A stretch of DNA of 59,106 nt, from contig JBHELB010000051.1 in NCBI GenBank assembly GCA_041859045.1, positions 1 to 59,106 of the forward strand. Direction: 5' to 3'. The position numbers were made by a program, and so were the translations under genes. This DNA is from Candidatus Hydrogenedentales bacterium. GTDB taxonomy: Bacteria > Hydrogenedentota > Hydrogenedentia > Hydrogenedentales > SLHB01. The notes beneath the pieces are model-generated. The model saw only the letters and a program-made list of their open reading frames with translations. It had not been told where the DNA came from and did not search any database. Below, piece by piece: positions 34,610-44,569 of this stretch; position 1 is the first letter of the stretch; each line of letters starts with the position of its first letter.

Positions 34610-37600
34610 CTAGCGAATATACCGTTTCTTCAGATTCAGCAGCGCGTTGATCACAATCTGGGCATCCCGGACGTCGATTCGGTTGTCGTTGTTGATATCG
34701 ACCATCTCCGCGCTCTTCTCCGTCGACAGCCCCAACACCGCATTGATGATCAACTGAACGTCCTGCACGTTGATCGCGCCGTCCCGATTGACGTCCGACC
34801 CCTTCGTACCGGCGCCGATGGTGACCGTTGAAGACGTCACCGCCTCTCCGGAAGGATTGCTCACCGCCGTCGGCTTAACGATGCAATACCAGCGATCTCC
34901 AGGACGCGTCGCGTCCGGCGATACGTCGCGGCGATTCGTCAACGCGGGAATAAGCGAGTTATTTCGCACCCAGTAAATCGTCGTTTGATCCACGTTCAGA
35001 CTGCCGTCCGGATACGAAATATCGAAGGAAACGCGAAGCCGATCGTCATCGATCGGATGTGCCGGCGTAATCTGCACCGTCTCGACCACCGGCGGCCGCT
35101 GGAGATCGTCGACATTGAAGTACACGTCCTGCGTCGTCGTGGCCGTCCCGAGCTTGGCCTTCACCTGCATCGTGTACGCCCCGCCGCTCGACGCGGTGGT
35201 CTGCCACACAAACCGTGCCTGGCCATTCCCCATCGGCGTATACGCCGATCCCGGAGGCAAGGAAGTCATCGTGATCTCCGGGGCGCCCCCAATACCATGC
35301 GCCGTGACCACAAACTCGATGCGTTCGCCCTCAACAGCGGTCTGCATGGGAATCGGATCGATGCTCAGCGCGCTCGGCGCAGGCATGCTCGTGAAATCGC
35401 TCACCAGCCGCAGTTGAGACACCGGATCCTTCGGAACGCCTCGACCATCCGAAAGCCCACAGATGCCTTCAGTCAGAGCCAAATCTTTGTACGACATCCG
35501 GATATGTCCGCTGAAGAACAGCTCAAGCTCGATCGTGCTCCCCAGCGAGGCTCCCAACTCCGGAACTTGGTTAAACACCACCACCAAGCGATCGTCCATC
35601 AGCTTCCACAAAACCTGTCCGCCGCTGTCCGGCGAAAGCCAGCCCCACAACAACGCAATCCGTGGAAGATCGAAATAGTTGGAGTACGTGGGAACCGCGT
35701 TAAGCGCGTCAAACTGTCCCACATTCTTTTGCGCAATCCCTTCCTCGGGCGCAAGGTAGCCCGCCGCCGAAATCACCCAATTCTTGTGGAATTTTCCGAA
35801 GAACGGCACCGGTTGCGGCAGTTCGATCTGCACCATCCCAAAATCGGGCACGTTCAGCGGCGAACACTGCTCCGGCGCCACCGGCAGGTTTCCGCCCGGC
35901 AACGCCGTCACGCTCACCGAATACGTGGAGTGATTGACATACCCTTCGGCGTTGCCCGAGGCCTGCGCCAGCAACATATCCGCGGTCGGGCTAAACATGA
36001 TCTGCGTGTCGTCCAGATCGGGCGGCGACGTCGAAGAAAACGGTTCCGACAAATGATTCGATGTCGCCGCGCCCGAGCGGGCACGCGCATAGACGATCTC
36101 CGTGTACCCCAGCAAACTGGAGCGGGACATCGCGGTGTAATAATACTCGCTTCCCTCGGACGCAGTGGTGTCCAGGAAACGCTGGCCCGTGCCCTCGTAC
36201 AGGACCGTCGCAAACGGGTCCGCTTCCGATTCGGCGAAGCTTCCCATCTTGCGCAGTATCTTGACTGGGCCCGCGCCGCCACCGATACCTGGAGTCTTCC
36301 AAGTAAGCACGATGACGTTTGACCCCGTTCGCGGCAGGGCACGCAAATCCTCGACCGGCGCCGACACGATGGGAGTGTAGACGTGCACCGCGGACGCCGC
36401 CAACACGACGTTGACGATTTCCTCTTCCGAAAGGGTTGCGTCCTGGGAAGCCGCCTGAACCAAGGCATTGCCCAGATCGCGGTACTTCGAACTCATCGTC
36501 AAAAACTGCGTCTGAACGGTATAAAAGACCTGTGCCGACTTGATCAACCCCATGCCAGGCACCGCGTACCCGTTGTGTATGTCCCCGTCGGCCATGAGGT
36601 AAAACAGCTTGTTGCCCACACCGGAATTATGATGAACACCGCCGTTATCCTCCGACCCGCGATACCATCCCCTGCCGAGGTAGGTGTCAGGCATCGGAAT
36701 ATACCCAGTGTCGTAAAACCAATTCTCCATCGACGGCGGATCGGCCATATCGCGTATCGCGCCGCCCGCAATATCCTCGCCCATCAACCACCGCACACCG
36801 GACGAATCGTTTCCACTGCCGTTCACCAGATCAACCGCCTCGCCCCAGATATCGGACAGCGACTCGTTGATTGCGCCCGATTCCCGGTAGTACTCGAGGT
36901 CTGACGTGGTATAAGTCACGCCATGCGTCAACTCGTGGGCAATCACATCGTCGGCGGTAAACCCCTCGCCAAAGAACATTCGGTTGTAGTAGCTGCTTTC
37001 CTCGAGCGAACCGTTGGCGTTCTTGAATCCGCTCCTCCAAAACGCATTTTGATACGGACACGAACTGTACCAGGGGCAGTACCGCACGGTGGCACTCATC
37101 GCGAGACCGAAGTTGTCGATACTGTCGCGATTGTGGTTCTCGAAATAGAAGTCGTAGGTGTCTCCGTAGTAATCGTACGCCTCGTCCGCGTCCTGAAGGC
37201 CCGAGTTCGGGCTGTTCTCGATGCGCACCAAGGTTCCCGGAATCATATCTTCGTTGCCCGCGTCATAAATCTTCCGGTTTCGCGCTTCGTAACGTAGCGA
37301 ATAGTGAACCATGTTCTCGCCGGTCCGGGCATCGAGCAGCACGCGTTCCTGCACCGGCGAAGAATCGGTGGCCCCTTGCACGATCAGGCTCCACGCCAAA
37401 CGAATCGTGCCGGTCCGGTCTTGCAGCGTGGGATCGTAAATGACGAGTTCCGGCGTGGTCGCCTCTAGCGCGCCCGCATTGCGGTACAACCCCGTCATCA
37501 GCTCGATCGCGCGCTTCTTCGCCGTCGCGGCCGACAACACCGGCGTCGTCGAAAAGCCGGAGGTGTCGAGCTTGGATGTTCCGCACGCGAGCACACTGGA

Positions 37601-38044
37601 CAACGAAACAACCGCGCCGTCCGCGTCGAGGTTCACCTTCGCCGACGCGCCGTGCACCGGAATCCCCGCATACGTCTGCCCAAGACGAACCGTGGTGATC
37701 GTGCCCGCACTGCGCGTGTCTTCGACCGTCAACGCCGTCCGCGGACTATCCAGCCCAAATGCCGTCGCGTGATCCATGATGAACCCTTGCGCGATCGACT
37801 GCGGCGTGGGCAAACTCTTCGCCGCCCCGGCCGGAGACGTAAACACGGCCCCGCGCGGCGCGCCCAGGAAACGCAGATTGCCCGCCTTGTCCTGCTGGAC
37901 GTTTGCTGGCTCCGTCGCTTCCACCCCGCGCATCGTCATGAGCACCTGCCCCACATCCGCGCGCCCGCCCGCGGGAAGGCTCTGAGCCATCGCCGTTACG
38001 GCCACTGCCAGTAGGACTGTCGAGACAATCACGGCACCACGCAT
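34610..38044 (-). CDS. Secreted M4 (thermolysin-family) zinc metalloprotease with C-terminal dockerin-type repeats
   Basis: Signal peptide 'MRGAVIVSTVLLAVAVTAMA'. 'VIAHELTHGVTYTTSDLEYYRESGAINESLSDIWGE' contains HExxH plus the downstream Glu. The C-terminal 'DVNRDGAINVQDVQLIINAVLG...DINNDNRIDVRDAQIVINALL' is a duplicated Ca-binding dockerin motif. Confidence 0.85.
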   Translation of the reverse strand: MRGAVIVSTVLLAVAVTAMAQSLPAGGRADVGQVLMTMRGVEATEPANVQQDKAGNLRFLGAPRGAVFTSPAGAAKSLPTPQSIAQGFIMDHATAFGLDSPRTALTVEDTRSAGTITTVRLGQTYAGIPVHGASAKVNLDADGAVVSLSSVLACGTSKLDTSGFSTTPVLSAATAKKRAIELMTGLYRNAGALEATTPELVIYDPTLQDRTGTIRLAWSLIVQGATDSSPVQERVLLDARTGENMVHYSLRYEARNRKIYDAGNEDMIPGTLVRIENSPNSGLQDADEAYDYYGDTYDFYFENHNRDSIDNFGLAMSATVRYCPWYSSCPYQNAFWRSGFKNANGSLEESSYYNRMFFGEGFTADDVIAHELTHGVTYTTSDLEYYRESGAINESLSDIWGEAVDLVNGSGNDSSGVRWLMGEDIAGGAIRDMADPPSMENWFYDTGYIPMPDTYLGRGWYRGSEDNGGVHHNSGVGNKLFYLMADGDIHNGYAVPGMGLIKSAQVFYTVQTQFLTMSSKYRDLGNALVQAASQDATLSEEEIVNVVLAASAVHVYTPIVSAPVEDLRALPRTGSNVIVLTWKTPGIGGGAGPVKILRKMGSFAESEADPFATVLYEGTGQRFLDTTASEGSEYYYTAMSRSSLLGYTEIVYARARSGAATSNHLSEPFSSTSPPDLDDTQIMFSPTADMLLAQASGNAEGYVNHSTYSVSVTALPGGNLPVAPEQCSPLNVPDFGMVQIELPQPVPFFGKFHKNWVISAAGYLAPEEGIAQKNVGQFDALNAVPTYSNYFDLPRIALLWGWLSPDSGGQVLWKLMDDRLVVVFNQVPELGASLGSTIELELFFSGHIRMSYKDLALTEGICGLSDGRGVPKDPVSQLRLVSDFTSMPAPSALSIDPIPMQTAVEGERIEFVVTAHGIGGAPEITMTSLPPGSAYTPMGNGQARFVWQTTASSGGAYTMQVKAKLGTATTTQDVYFNVDDLQRPPVVETVQITPAHPIDDDRLRVSFDISYPDGSLNVDQTTIYWVRNNSLIPALTNRRDVSPDATRPGDRWYCIVKPTAVSNPSGEAVTSSTVTIGAGTKGSDVNRDGAINVQDVQLIINAVLGLSTEKSAEMVDINNDNRIDVRDAQIVINALLNLKKRYIR

Positions 38045-38438
38045 TACGCTGTTCTCCTGACAAAGCTGTACGCCCACGCACCGGCCCTAGAGGCCAGTCC
38101 ATTCACCTTACCCGATCGTGCCGTCATCCCGCTCGGAATTCCGCCCAAAAGCGTGCCGAAACGTCCCTCAATTCCGAACACAAATGGGGACAACACCACA
38201 TGTAATCTTGTACACCACGCCCGGATTTAAGTCAAGAATTTTCTTCCACTTAAGCACAATGCGCCTCCGTCGCTCATCCCCTCGACCCTCATCGATTCCG
38301 CTACCGAATGGCAATGCGACAAGACAGCCGACTCTCAGAGGTGGCGTCTACAACGCCTCGAAAGTGCGAATTCTGGCACACGCCCGCTTCGCGCAGCGCA
38401 ACCCAGCCCACGAACTAACCTCCTAAGGCCTTATTGGG

Positions 38439-39650
38439 CTAGCGTTTTCGCGGCGAACTTCCCTTTAGCGCGGTCGATACCGCCTGCTCGAAAGCCTCCG
38501 CCATGGCCGCGATGCTAAACGGCCGGATGCTTTCGCGCGCGGCGGATCGCATGGCCTCGCGGTCGGTTGTCGCGGAAAAGTACCGTCCCAGCGCCTTGGC
38601 AAGCGACTCCGGCGCGCGGCTGGGCACCACGTAGCCATTTTCTCCGTCCCGCACGAGGTCGGCGGAAGCGCCTGCGGCATCGGAGGCCACCACGGGCAGC
38701 CCCGCCGCGAGCGCCTCGTTGATCACGAGCCCCCAGATTTCGCTGCGCGAGGGCAACACTAGCAGGTCCGCGATCCCGTAGTACCGGGCAACTTCGTGGG
38801 CAGGGATGAACCCTGCAAAAACGACGCGATCCTCGATCCCCAGTGCAACGCAACGGGCACGGTACGCAGCCTCATTCCCGCCGCTGCCAACAAGGAGCAG
38901 TTGGGTATCGCCGCGCTCGCGCGCAAACAGCCCGAATGCCTCGATAAGGTCGCCGACACCCTTCAGGTCCAGTAGGTTCCCGCAATAGAGGACGATATTG
39001 GGCGCGGTCAGCCCATGGCGCGTACGAAGACCGACCTTTTCTTCCTCGGTCAGACGGCTCTCCCGGGCAAACCGGTCCGTTTCGACCGTATTGAACGCAC
39101 GGAACGTGCGTGCCGGGTCCGCGCCCAGCGAAGCGAGGTACTCCTTGGCGCGAGTTCCGTAGGCAAGCCACGCATTTGCGCGGCGAACCAGTCCCTTGAC
39201 CCACGGTTTCGTGAGCCGCCGGAGCAGGGTGTCTTCCACAGGCGTGCTGCCGCTCCACAAGATGAACGGCGTGCGGGTGAAGCGGGCGTGCCACGACGCA
39301 TAGAACACCGCGGGCGTATCCCAGGCGCAACAGAGGATCACGTCGTGCCGGTGGCGGGCGAGTTCCCAAGGCAGTGTCGGATTCAGCAAGATGACGTTGT
39401 AGCGACTGCCCAGAGGAATCGTGACGTGGGGCAGCACCCGGCACCGGAAAGCGTCGCGGGGAAGCTCCGAAGGCCAGTCTCGAATGGATTTCACGTCGCC
39501 AAGAATCCACACGTCGAGGTCGAACCGTTGAGCCAATTCAGCAAACAACGGCACGCGATAGGGCGTGAGAAAATTGTGGAACAGCAACACGCGGGGCCGC
39601 GCCGGGCCGTGTCTATCTTCTACGCTGGAATCGGCCACCCCGTCCTCCAT
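38439..39650 (-). CDS. Glycosyltransferase family 4
   Basis: 'EIWGLVINEALAAGLPVVASDAAGASADLVRDGENGYVV' is the GT4 EX7E-region pattern. Confidence 0.8.
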   Translation of the reverse strand: MEDGVADSSVEDRHGPARPRVLLFHNFLTPYRVPLFAELAQRFDLDVWILGDVKSIRDWPSELPRDAFRCRVLPHVTIPLGSRYNVILLNPTLPWELARHRHDVILCCAWDTPAVFYASWHARFTRTPFILWSGSTPVEDTLLRRLTKPWVKGLVRRANAWLAYGTRAKEYLASLGADPARTFRAFNTVETDRFARESRLTEEEKVGLRTRHGLTAPNIVLYCGNLLDLKGVGDLIEAFGLFARERGDTQLLLVGSGGNEAAYRARCVALGIEDRVVFAGFIPAHEVARYYGIADLLVLPSRSEIWGLVINEALAAGLPVVASDAAGASADLVRDGENGYVVPSRAPESLAKALGRYFSATTDREAMRSAARESIRPFSIAAMAEAFEQAVSTALKGSSPRKR

Positions 39651-39694
39651 GCGGCTCTGCTAAGCTCCTGCGGGGCGTCCGCGCAAGGCCCCCG

Positions 39695-40198
39695 TCACGT
39701 CCCTTCCTGCGAATTTCCCCGTTCCCCGGAGCGTTCCGACCAACGCCGTCGGACCCATTTCTCCGCCCCGCTTGCCAGGAAAAAGACTAAAAAGGGCAAC
39801 GCCAGAAACAGCAACAAAGAAGGGAAAAGTAGAAGATAGAGTGGATTTCCATCCGACTCTGGCTCGCCCTCTAGCGTGGACAGGAGCGAACTCAGTCCAG
39901 CGACGGAGAGCAGCGCCGCATAGATTATGGACTGGATAGCGCAGTAGCGGACTACGGACTCGCGTTTCGATTTCAGTCCGACAAGCGCATTGACCAACGG
40001 GATTGCCATCCACAGACAATACAAAAGGAACAGAAAGAGCGCATAGTTCCGGAAATCGTTTCCACCCGAATTCGCCGCCGATTCAAATCCAAGCCACAAA
40101 AAATGCTCCGTGATAAATACCGCCGTAATGCCTGTGGATGCGACGATGATGCGACGACTATTGACCGCGGCAAGAATCAATGCTTTCCCTTTTCTCAT
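39695..40198 (-). CDS. Small polytopic membrane protein, unknown function
   Basis: 167-aa ORF with 4-5 hydrophobic helices. Confidence 0.5.
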   Translation of the reverse strand: MRKGKALILAAVNSRRIIVASTGITAVFITEHFLWLGFESAANSGGNDFRNYALFLFLLYCLWMAIPLVNALVGLKSKRESVVRYCAIQSIIYAALLSVAGLSSLLSTLEGEPESDGNPLYLLLFPSLLLFLALPFLVFFLASGAEKWVRRRWSERSGERGNSQEGT

Positions 40199-40422
40199 TT
40201 TACCGCTCGCTGAGCGCTCCCAATACGCTCAACCCTTCATTCTGTGGGCAGTCTATGTCGACGGCCACGTCTCTACCTTGAAACGTTAGCCATCACTCTA
40301 TAAAGGATTGTTCCAAGAATCCGTGTTTTCCGCAACATCGATTAGGCTGTTATCTATAGCGACTGACCGACGATCTCCAAACCCGGCTCAAGCCTTTGCC
40401 TTGATCGCAAACCCAGTACAGT

Positions 40423-41334
40423 CTACAGAAACGCCAATAGGTTCTCCACCGCTGTATCGACCGCCCGATCCACACTCTCTTCTGTAAAACCGCCGATATG
40501 AGGCGTCGCGATCACGCGCGGGTGCGAAGCCAAGGGATCGCACCCCGGCGGCTCTTTGGCATACACGTCAATCGCCGCTCCAGCGACGGTCCCACGCTCG
40601 AGCGCCGCAAGCAGCGCGTCGGCGTCGATCAGTTCATGCCGCGCGGTGTTTACTATTAGCACACCGGGCTTCATCCGGCCCAGCGCGTCGGCGTCGATCA
40701 ATGGCCGCCCCAACGGCGGACAGTGCAACGTGAGCACGTCCGCCTGCGCGAGCACCTCGTCGAGCGAAGCATAGCGAAATCCCGGCGGCATAAGCGATGG
40801 CGGCGGACATACGTCGTATGCAACGACCTCCATTCCCAGGGCCAATCCAAATTCCGCCACGGTTCGGCCGATTCGTCCGCACCCGACGACCCCCAGCCGC
40901 CGTCCGATCAACTCAATGCCCTTTCTTCGTTCCCAGCCGCCTTTCTTGAGGGCCGCATCGCTAAACGGAATGGATCGCGCCAACGCGAGGATAAGTCCCA
41001 GCGTGAGTTCGGCCACGCCACGGGCGTTCGCCCCTTCCGCGCGGCACACCGAAATGCCCAGGCGTTCGGCAGCGGCCAAATCGATGTTGTCGATCCCCGT
41101 GCCGTTGCGCGAAACCACGCGCAATCCCGCCGCCGCTTCGAGCACACGCGCTGTGATCGGCTCGACCCCGGCAAGATACCCTTCGCAGCCCGGAAGCAAG
41201 CGCAGCAATTCGGCCTCATCCGGTTGTTGGCCCGGCGTGCAGAAGACCACCTCGTGGCCCGCGGCCTCGATGCGCGCGAGCGCGGGATGCCCGCCCTTGG
41301 TAACCGATCGCGGCGTCACCAGTACGCGCGCCAT
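40423..41334 (-). CDS. D-isomer-specific 2-hydroxyacid dehydrogenase (phosphoglycerate/glycerate dehydrogenase-like)
   Basis: NAD-binding 'LGVVGCGRIGRTVAEFGLALGMEVVAYD' and catalytic 'RHELID...HIGGFT'. Confidence 0.85.
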   Translation of the reverse strand: MARVLVTPRSVTKGGHPALARIEAAGHEVVFCTPGQQPDEAELLRLLPGCEGYLAGVEPITARVLEAAAGLRVVSRNGTGIDNIDLAAAERLGISVCRAEGANARGVAELTLGLILALARSIPFSDAALKKGGWERRKGIELIGRRLGVVGCGRIGRTVAEFGLALGMEVVAYDVCPPPSLMPPGFRYASLDEVLAQADVLTLHCPPLGRPLIDADALGRMKPGVLIVNTARHELIDADALLAALERGTVAGAAIDVYAKEPPGCDPLASHPRVIATPHIGGFTEESVDRAVDTAVENLLAFL

Positions 41335-41921
41335 TACTCCATAACCTCCTGCCCGTTGCGCAGGAACACTCGCTTGGGAAAGCCCTCAATCTCGATGTCG
41401 CCGTAGTTGTGTCCGGCCTCAGCCGGGTAAACACAAAACGAGATCAGCGGCTCGTTCCCGGTGTTGATGGATCGGTGTGCCCAGTACGGCGGCACATAGA
41501 CCATACGGTTTCGGCGCATCGGTTCGGGTGCGCATGCGCCTTCGGGCGTCTTCATCATCATGTAGCCCTGTCCGCGAATGCACAGATAGAGTTCGGCCGT
41601 TTCGGCGACGGTGTGGTAATGCCCCTTGGTCATGAAGCATTCGTCACCGACGGTTCCGGGGTAGAGTTTGCTGATGCAGAACATCAATTGGCCGTATTCG
41701 AGGGGGACCTCTTTTTCGAAGACTTCGTAATGTACAGGATCGCCGGTCGCGATGAGGGCCTCGAGGGCGTCGGCGTCCCGGTAGTGTCCGCGCATGTCCG
41801 AGGCGCGCCGCGTCAGCACGCGATCCGGCTCGGCCATCACGCCGTCAAGCAAATCGATGTCCACGCCCCAGGGCTGCATATAGTTCCTCGCGCTCACCTT
41901 GCCGTCTCCTTGCGCTTTCAC
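41334..41921 (-). CDS. Cupin-type glucose-6-phosphate isomerase
   Basis: 195 aa with the cupin 'TKGHYH...E' metal motif. Its size and pattern fit archaeal-type cPGI. Confidence 0.7.
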   Translation of the reverse strand: MKAQGDGKVSARNYMQPWGVDIDLLDGVMAEPDRVLTRRASDMRGHYRDADALEALIATGDPVHYEVFEKEVPLEYGQLMFCISKLYPGTVGDECFMTKGHYHTVAETAELYLCIRGQGYMMMKTPEGACAPEPMRRNRMVYVPPYWAHRSINTGNEPLISFCVYPAEAGHNYGDIEIEGFPKRVFLRNGQEVME

Positions 41922-41927
41922 GCGTGT

Positions 41928-42998
41928 TTATCGGGCGTCCGCGGCGATTTGTGATAGTTCATCGAACCCCGGCCCTGACGTCGGGATATCGAGATGAAAC
42001 ACCTCCGCAATCACCTGCGTCCACCCATGAATAAAGTAAATCCATCCATCCTCAACATGCAGCCGCCGGCCTTCGGCCTGTCGGCGCGCCTGCTCGAGAA
42101 AGACCAAGTCGCCGCGATAGTTGAAGTCCCACGCATACCCATCCATCGGGAAACGCGCCGAATTGGTCAACGGCGAGCCCGGCGCATCTTTGCCCAAACC
42201 GGTGGCGTTGATCACCAAAGAGCCGGGCTTGAGCGCATTCACCAGCGCATCGTTGTTTTCAGGAATCGGGCAGTGGTGGTACTCAACCGGAATGCCAGGG
42301 TTGACCTTCGCGTGGATGTGTTTCATCTCCTCGAGACGGGGCAGGCTGCGGTTCGACACGACGATGCGCGACGGCCGGTTTTCAGGCGCGCATTTTTCCA
42401 TGAGATGAACCGTCAGTGCGATGGACGAACCGCCCGCGCCAATCGAGAAAACCTCCGCGCCGGTCTTTGCCCAGTGGTCCGATGGCAAGAACGCATCCAG
42501 ACTCAGTCCACTGGTAATAGGGTCCTTCGCGTGCCCCGCCAAAGCGGTCCCGCGCTTCGAGATCGAACTAATTTCGCCCGTCAGCTCCGCATAATGATCG
42601 AGTTCGTCGAACAGGTCGCGGCACGCGTTGAGCAGGTCTATCTTGTGCGTGGTCACGAGCGCGCCCAAAGACAACGGATCAGACTTGATGAACCGGACGA
42701 CGTTGCGGTAAACCTCAGGAGCGTCGTGCCACTTGCAGTCGATCCCGGCGATCCGTGGACTGATGCCCAAGTGTGCGGCCCAACGGGGAAACACCTTCAT
42801 GATCGACGACTTCCCCGTCGTCACACCAATGAAATACATCGTCGGTTCTGTTGCGGGCGGGAAGACCGTGTCCGCCGCTGCCTGAATCGCCTCCGCCATT
42901 TCTGTTCCTTTCACTAGAGTGTTGTACGTTCTTATACTTGCGGTCGCCGACAGTAGAGCATTTTCACCTCGCAGCTTTGGCAGCCGCATCGCAGGCAT
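41928..42998 (-). CDS. Shikimate/quinate dehydrogenase-like NAD(P)-dependent oxidoreductase
   Basis: 'FIGVTTGKSSIMKVFPRWA' substrate-domain pattern and 'FSIGAGGSSIALTVHL...VVSNRS' NAD(P)-binding/NRT-like motif. The start is uncertain. Confidence 0.5.
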   Translation of the reverse strand: MPAMRLPKLRGENALLSATASIRTYNTLVKGTEMAEAIQAAADTVFPPATEPTMYFIGVTTGKSSIMKVFPRWAAHLGISPRIAGIDCKWHDAPEVYRNVVRFIKSDPLSLGALVTTHKIDLLNACRDLFDELDHYAELTGEISSISKRGTALAGHAKDPITSGLSLDAFLPSDHWAKTGAEVFSIGAGGSSIALTVHLMEKCAPENRPSRIVVSNRSLPRLEEMKHIHAKVNPGIPVEYHHCPIPENNDALVNALKPGSLVINATGLGKDAPGSPLTNSARFPMDGYAWDFNYRGDLVFLEQARRQAEGRRLHVEDGWIYFIHGWTQVIAEVFHLDIPTSGPGFDELSQIAADAR

Positions 42999-43013
42999 CC
43001 TGGTGGAAATGCT

Positions 43014-44522
43014 CTAGAGTGCCAATGTATTGAGCAAGGCTTCATACCGCTGCTGCCGCCGCGCATAGTATTTCGCCACAGCTTTACGCGGACGGACCAG
43101 TTCGCCCGCATGAACCCATCCCTTGGCCGCTGCAGAAAGACTCTTGAACGCACCCACGCCATACCCCGCGACGAGGGCCGCGCCCATCGGCGCGCCTTCG
43201 CCTCGGGCGATGCGCCGTACGGGCGTTTGCAGTACGTCGGCCTTGAGCGCATTCCAAAAAGCGCTTTTCTCGCCGCCGCCCGTGATGCGCAACTCGCTCA
43301 GCCTCAGCTTTGGATAAAGCTCGAGCAGCACGCGCTTGTACACGCCGTACTCCAGCGCCACGCCCTCAAGCACCGCCCGGTACAGCTCGGCCAACGAGTG
43401 AGACCAATCGAGCCCGATCCACGCCCCGCGCAGTCCGGGTGTACTCGGACAGACCCGCCCCCCCAGATGCGGCACGAACAAGGGAAGTTCCTCAGACTCC
43501 GGAAGATGCGCGGCCATCGCATTCAGTTGTTCGAGCGTTACGAGGCTCGATTTTGCGCGATTGCCTTTGTTGGCGATCTCGTTGCGGAACCAGTCGAGAT
43601 TCATGCCGCCGCCGTTGATATAGGCGTACGGATGCCACAACCCCGGCACCGCCGATTGCCCGCATCCCAACATGCGGTGTCGCTGATCGGCGCGAAACTC
43701 CGTGGTGGTGCTGGCAAACACCGACGCGGTGCCGGCCACATCGACGCTGACGCCTGCGCGGGCCGCGCCGCACGCGAGAAAACTGGCCGCAGTGTCGCCG
43801 CACCCGGCCACGACGGGCGTCCCTGCAAGAAGACCCGTCGCGCGCGCCGACGCCGCGGTCAGTTCTCCGACGATTGTCTCGGGCCGAACGATGCGCGGCA
43901 GCTTCCTCGGGTCAAGCCCGAAACGTTGGCAGAGGTCTTCATCCCACCGCGCCGCGGCGTTGTCGGCGAACCCCGAGAAGTGCAGATACGTGACGTCGAT
44001 AAAAGCCTCGGCCGCACTCAACCCGCATAGGCGCATGGCGGCATATGCCCCCGGCTGCACAAAAGCCGCGATGCGCCGGTATACGCTGGGCCGCTCGTGT
44101 TTCCACCATAGTTTCTTGGGACCGTGATTAATACTGGGGTAGCAGCCGGTCTTTTCCAAGACGTCTTCGCCAGCCTTTCGGCCCATTTTGAGGGTATACG
44201 GCGTGCATCGGGTATCGAGCCACGAATCGTAGGGCGTAATATGACGTCCATCGCGGCCGACACCAATAATTCCGGCCATCTGACCGTCGATCCCAACGCC
44301 CGCCACGCGCTCGGGCCGCGCGTTCGCGACCTTCAAGCAGCGTTTGATCGTTCGGACAACGGCCGCGAACTGATCCTCGGGGTTTTCTTCGACCACCCCG
44401 GGTTTCGGTTGGTGGAGGTTGGACGGACACGAAGCCTGCGCGAGGCAACGCCCGGCAAGGGTAAACAAGGCCGCACGAGTGCCCTGCGTCCCGATGTCGA
44501 CTCCAATGAGCGTTTGCGGCAC
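43014..44522 (-). CDS. FGGY-family carbohydrate kinase (xylulokinase/glycerol-kinase-like)
   Basis: N-terminal 'LIGVDIGTQGTRAALF' plus the C-terminal FGGY domain. Confidence 0.85.
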   Translation of the reverse strand: MPQTLIGVDIGTQGTRAALFTLAGRCLAQASCPSNLHQPKPGVVEENPEDQFAAVVRTIKRCLKVANARPERVAGVGIDGQMAGIIGVGRDGRHITPYDSWLDTRCTPYTLKMGRKAGEDVLEKTGCYPSINHGPKKLWWKHERPSVYRRIAAFVQPGAYAAMRLCGLSAAEAFIDVTYLHFSGFADNAAARWDEDLCQRFGLDPRKLPRIVRPETIVGELTAASARATGLLAGTPVVAGCGDTAASFLACGAARAGVSVDVAGTASVFASTTTEFRADQRHRMLGCGQSAVPGLWHPYAYINGGGMNLDWFRNEIANKGNRAKSSLVTLEQLNAMAAHLPESEELPLFVPHLGGRVCPSTPGLRGAWIGLDWSHSLAELYRAVLEGVALEYGVYKRVLLELYPKLRLSELRITGGGEKSAFWNALKADVLQTPVRRIARGEGAPMGAALVAGYGVGAFKSLSAAAKGWVHAGELVRPRKAVAKYYARRQQRYEALLNTLAL

Positions 44523-44569
44523 GATTCCCCCTTCTTCTCCCCAGAACGACGTGCGGGAGGCCGGCTTCG

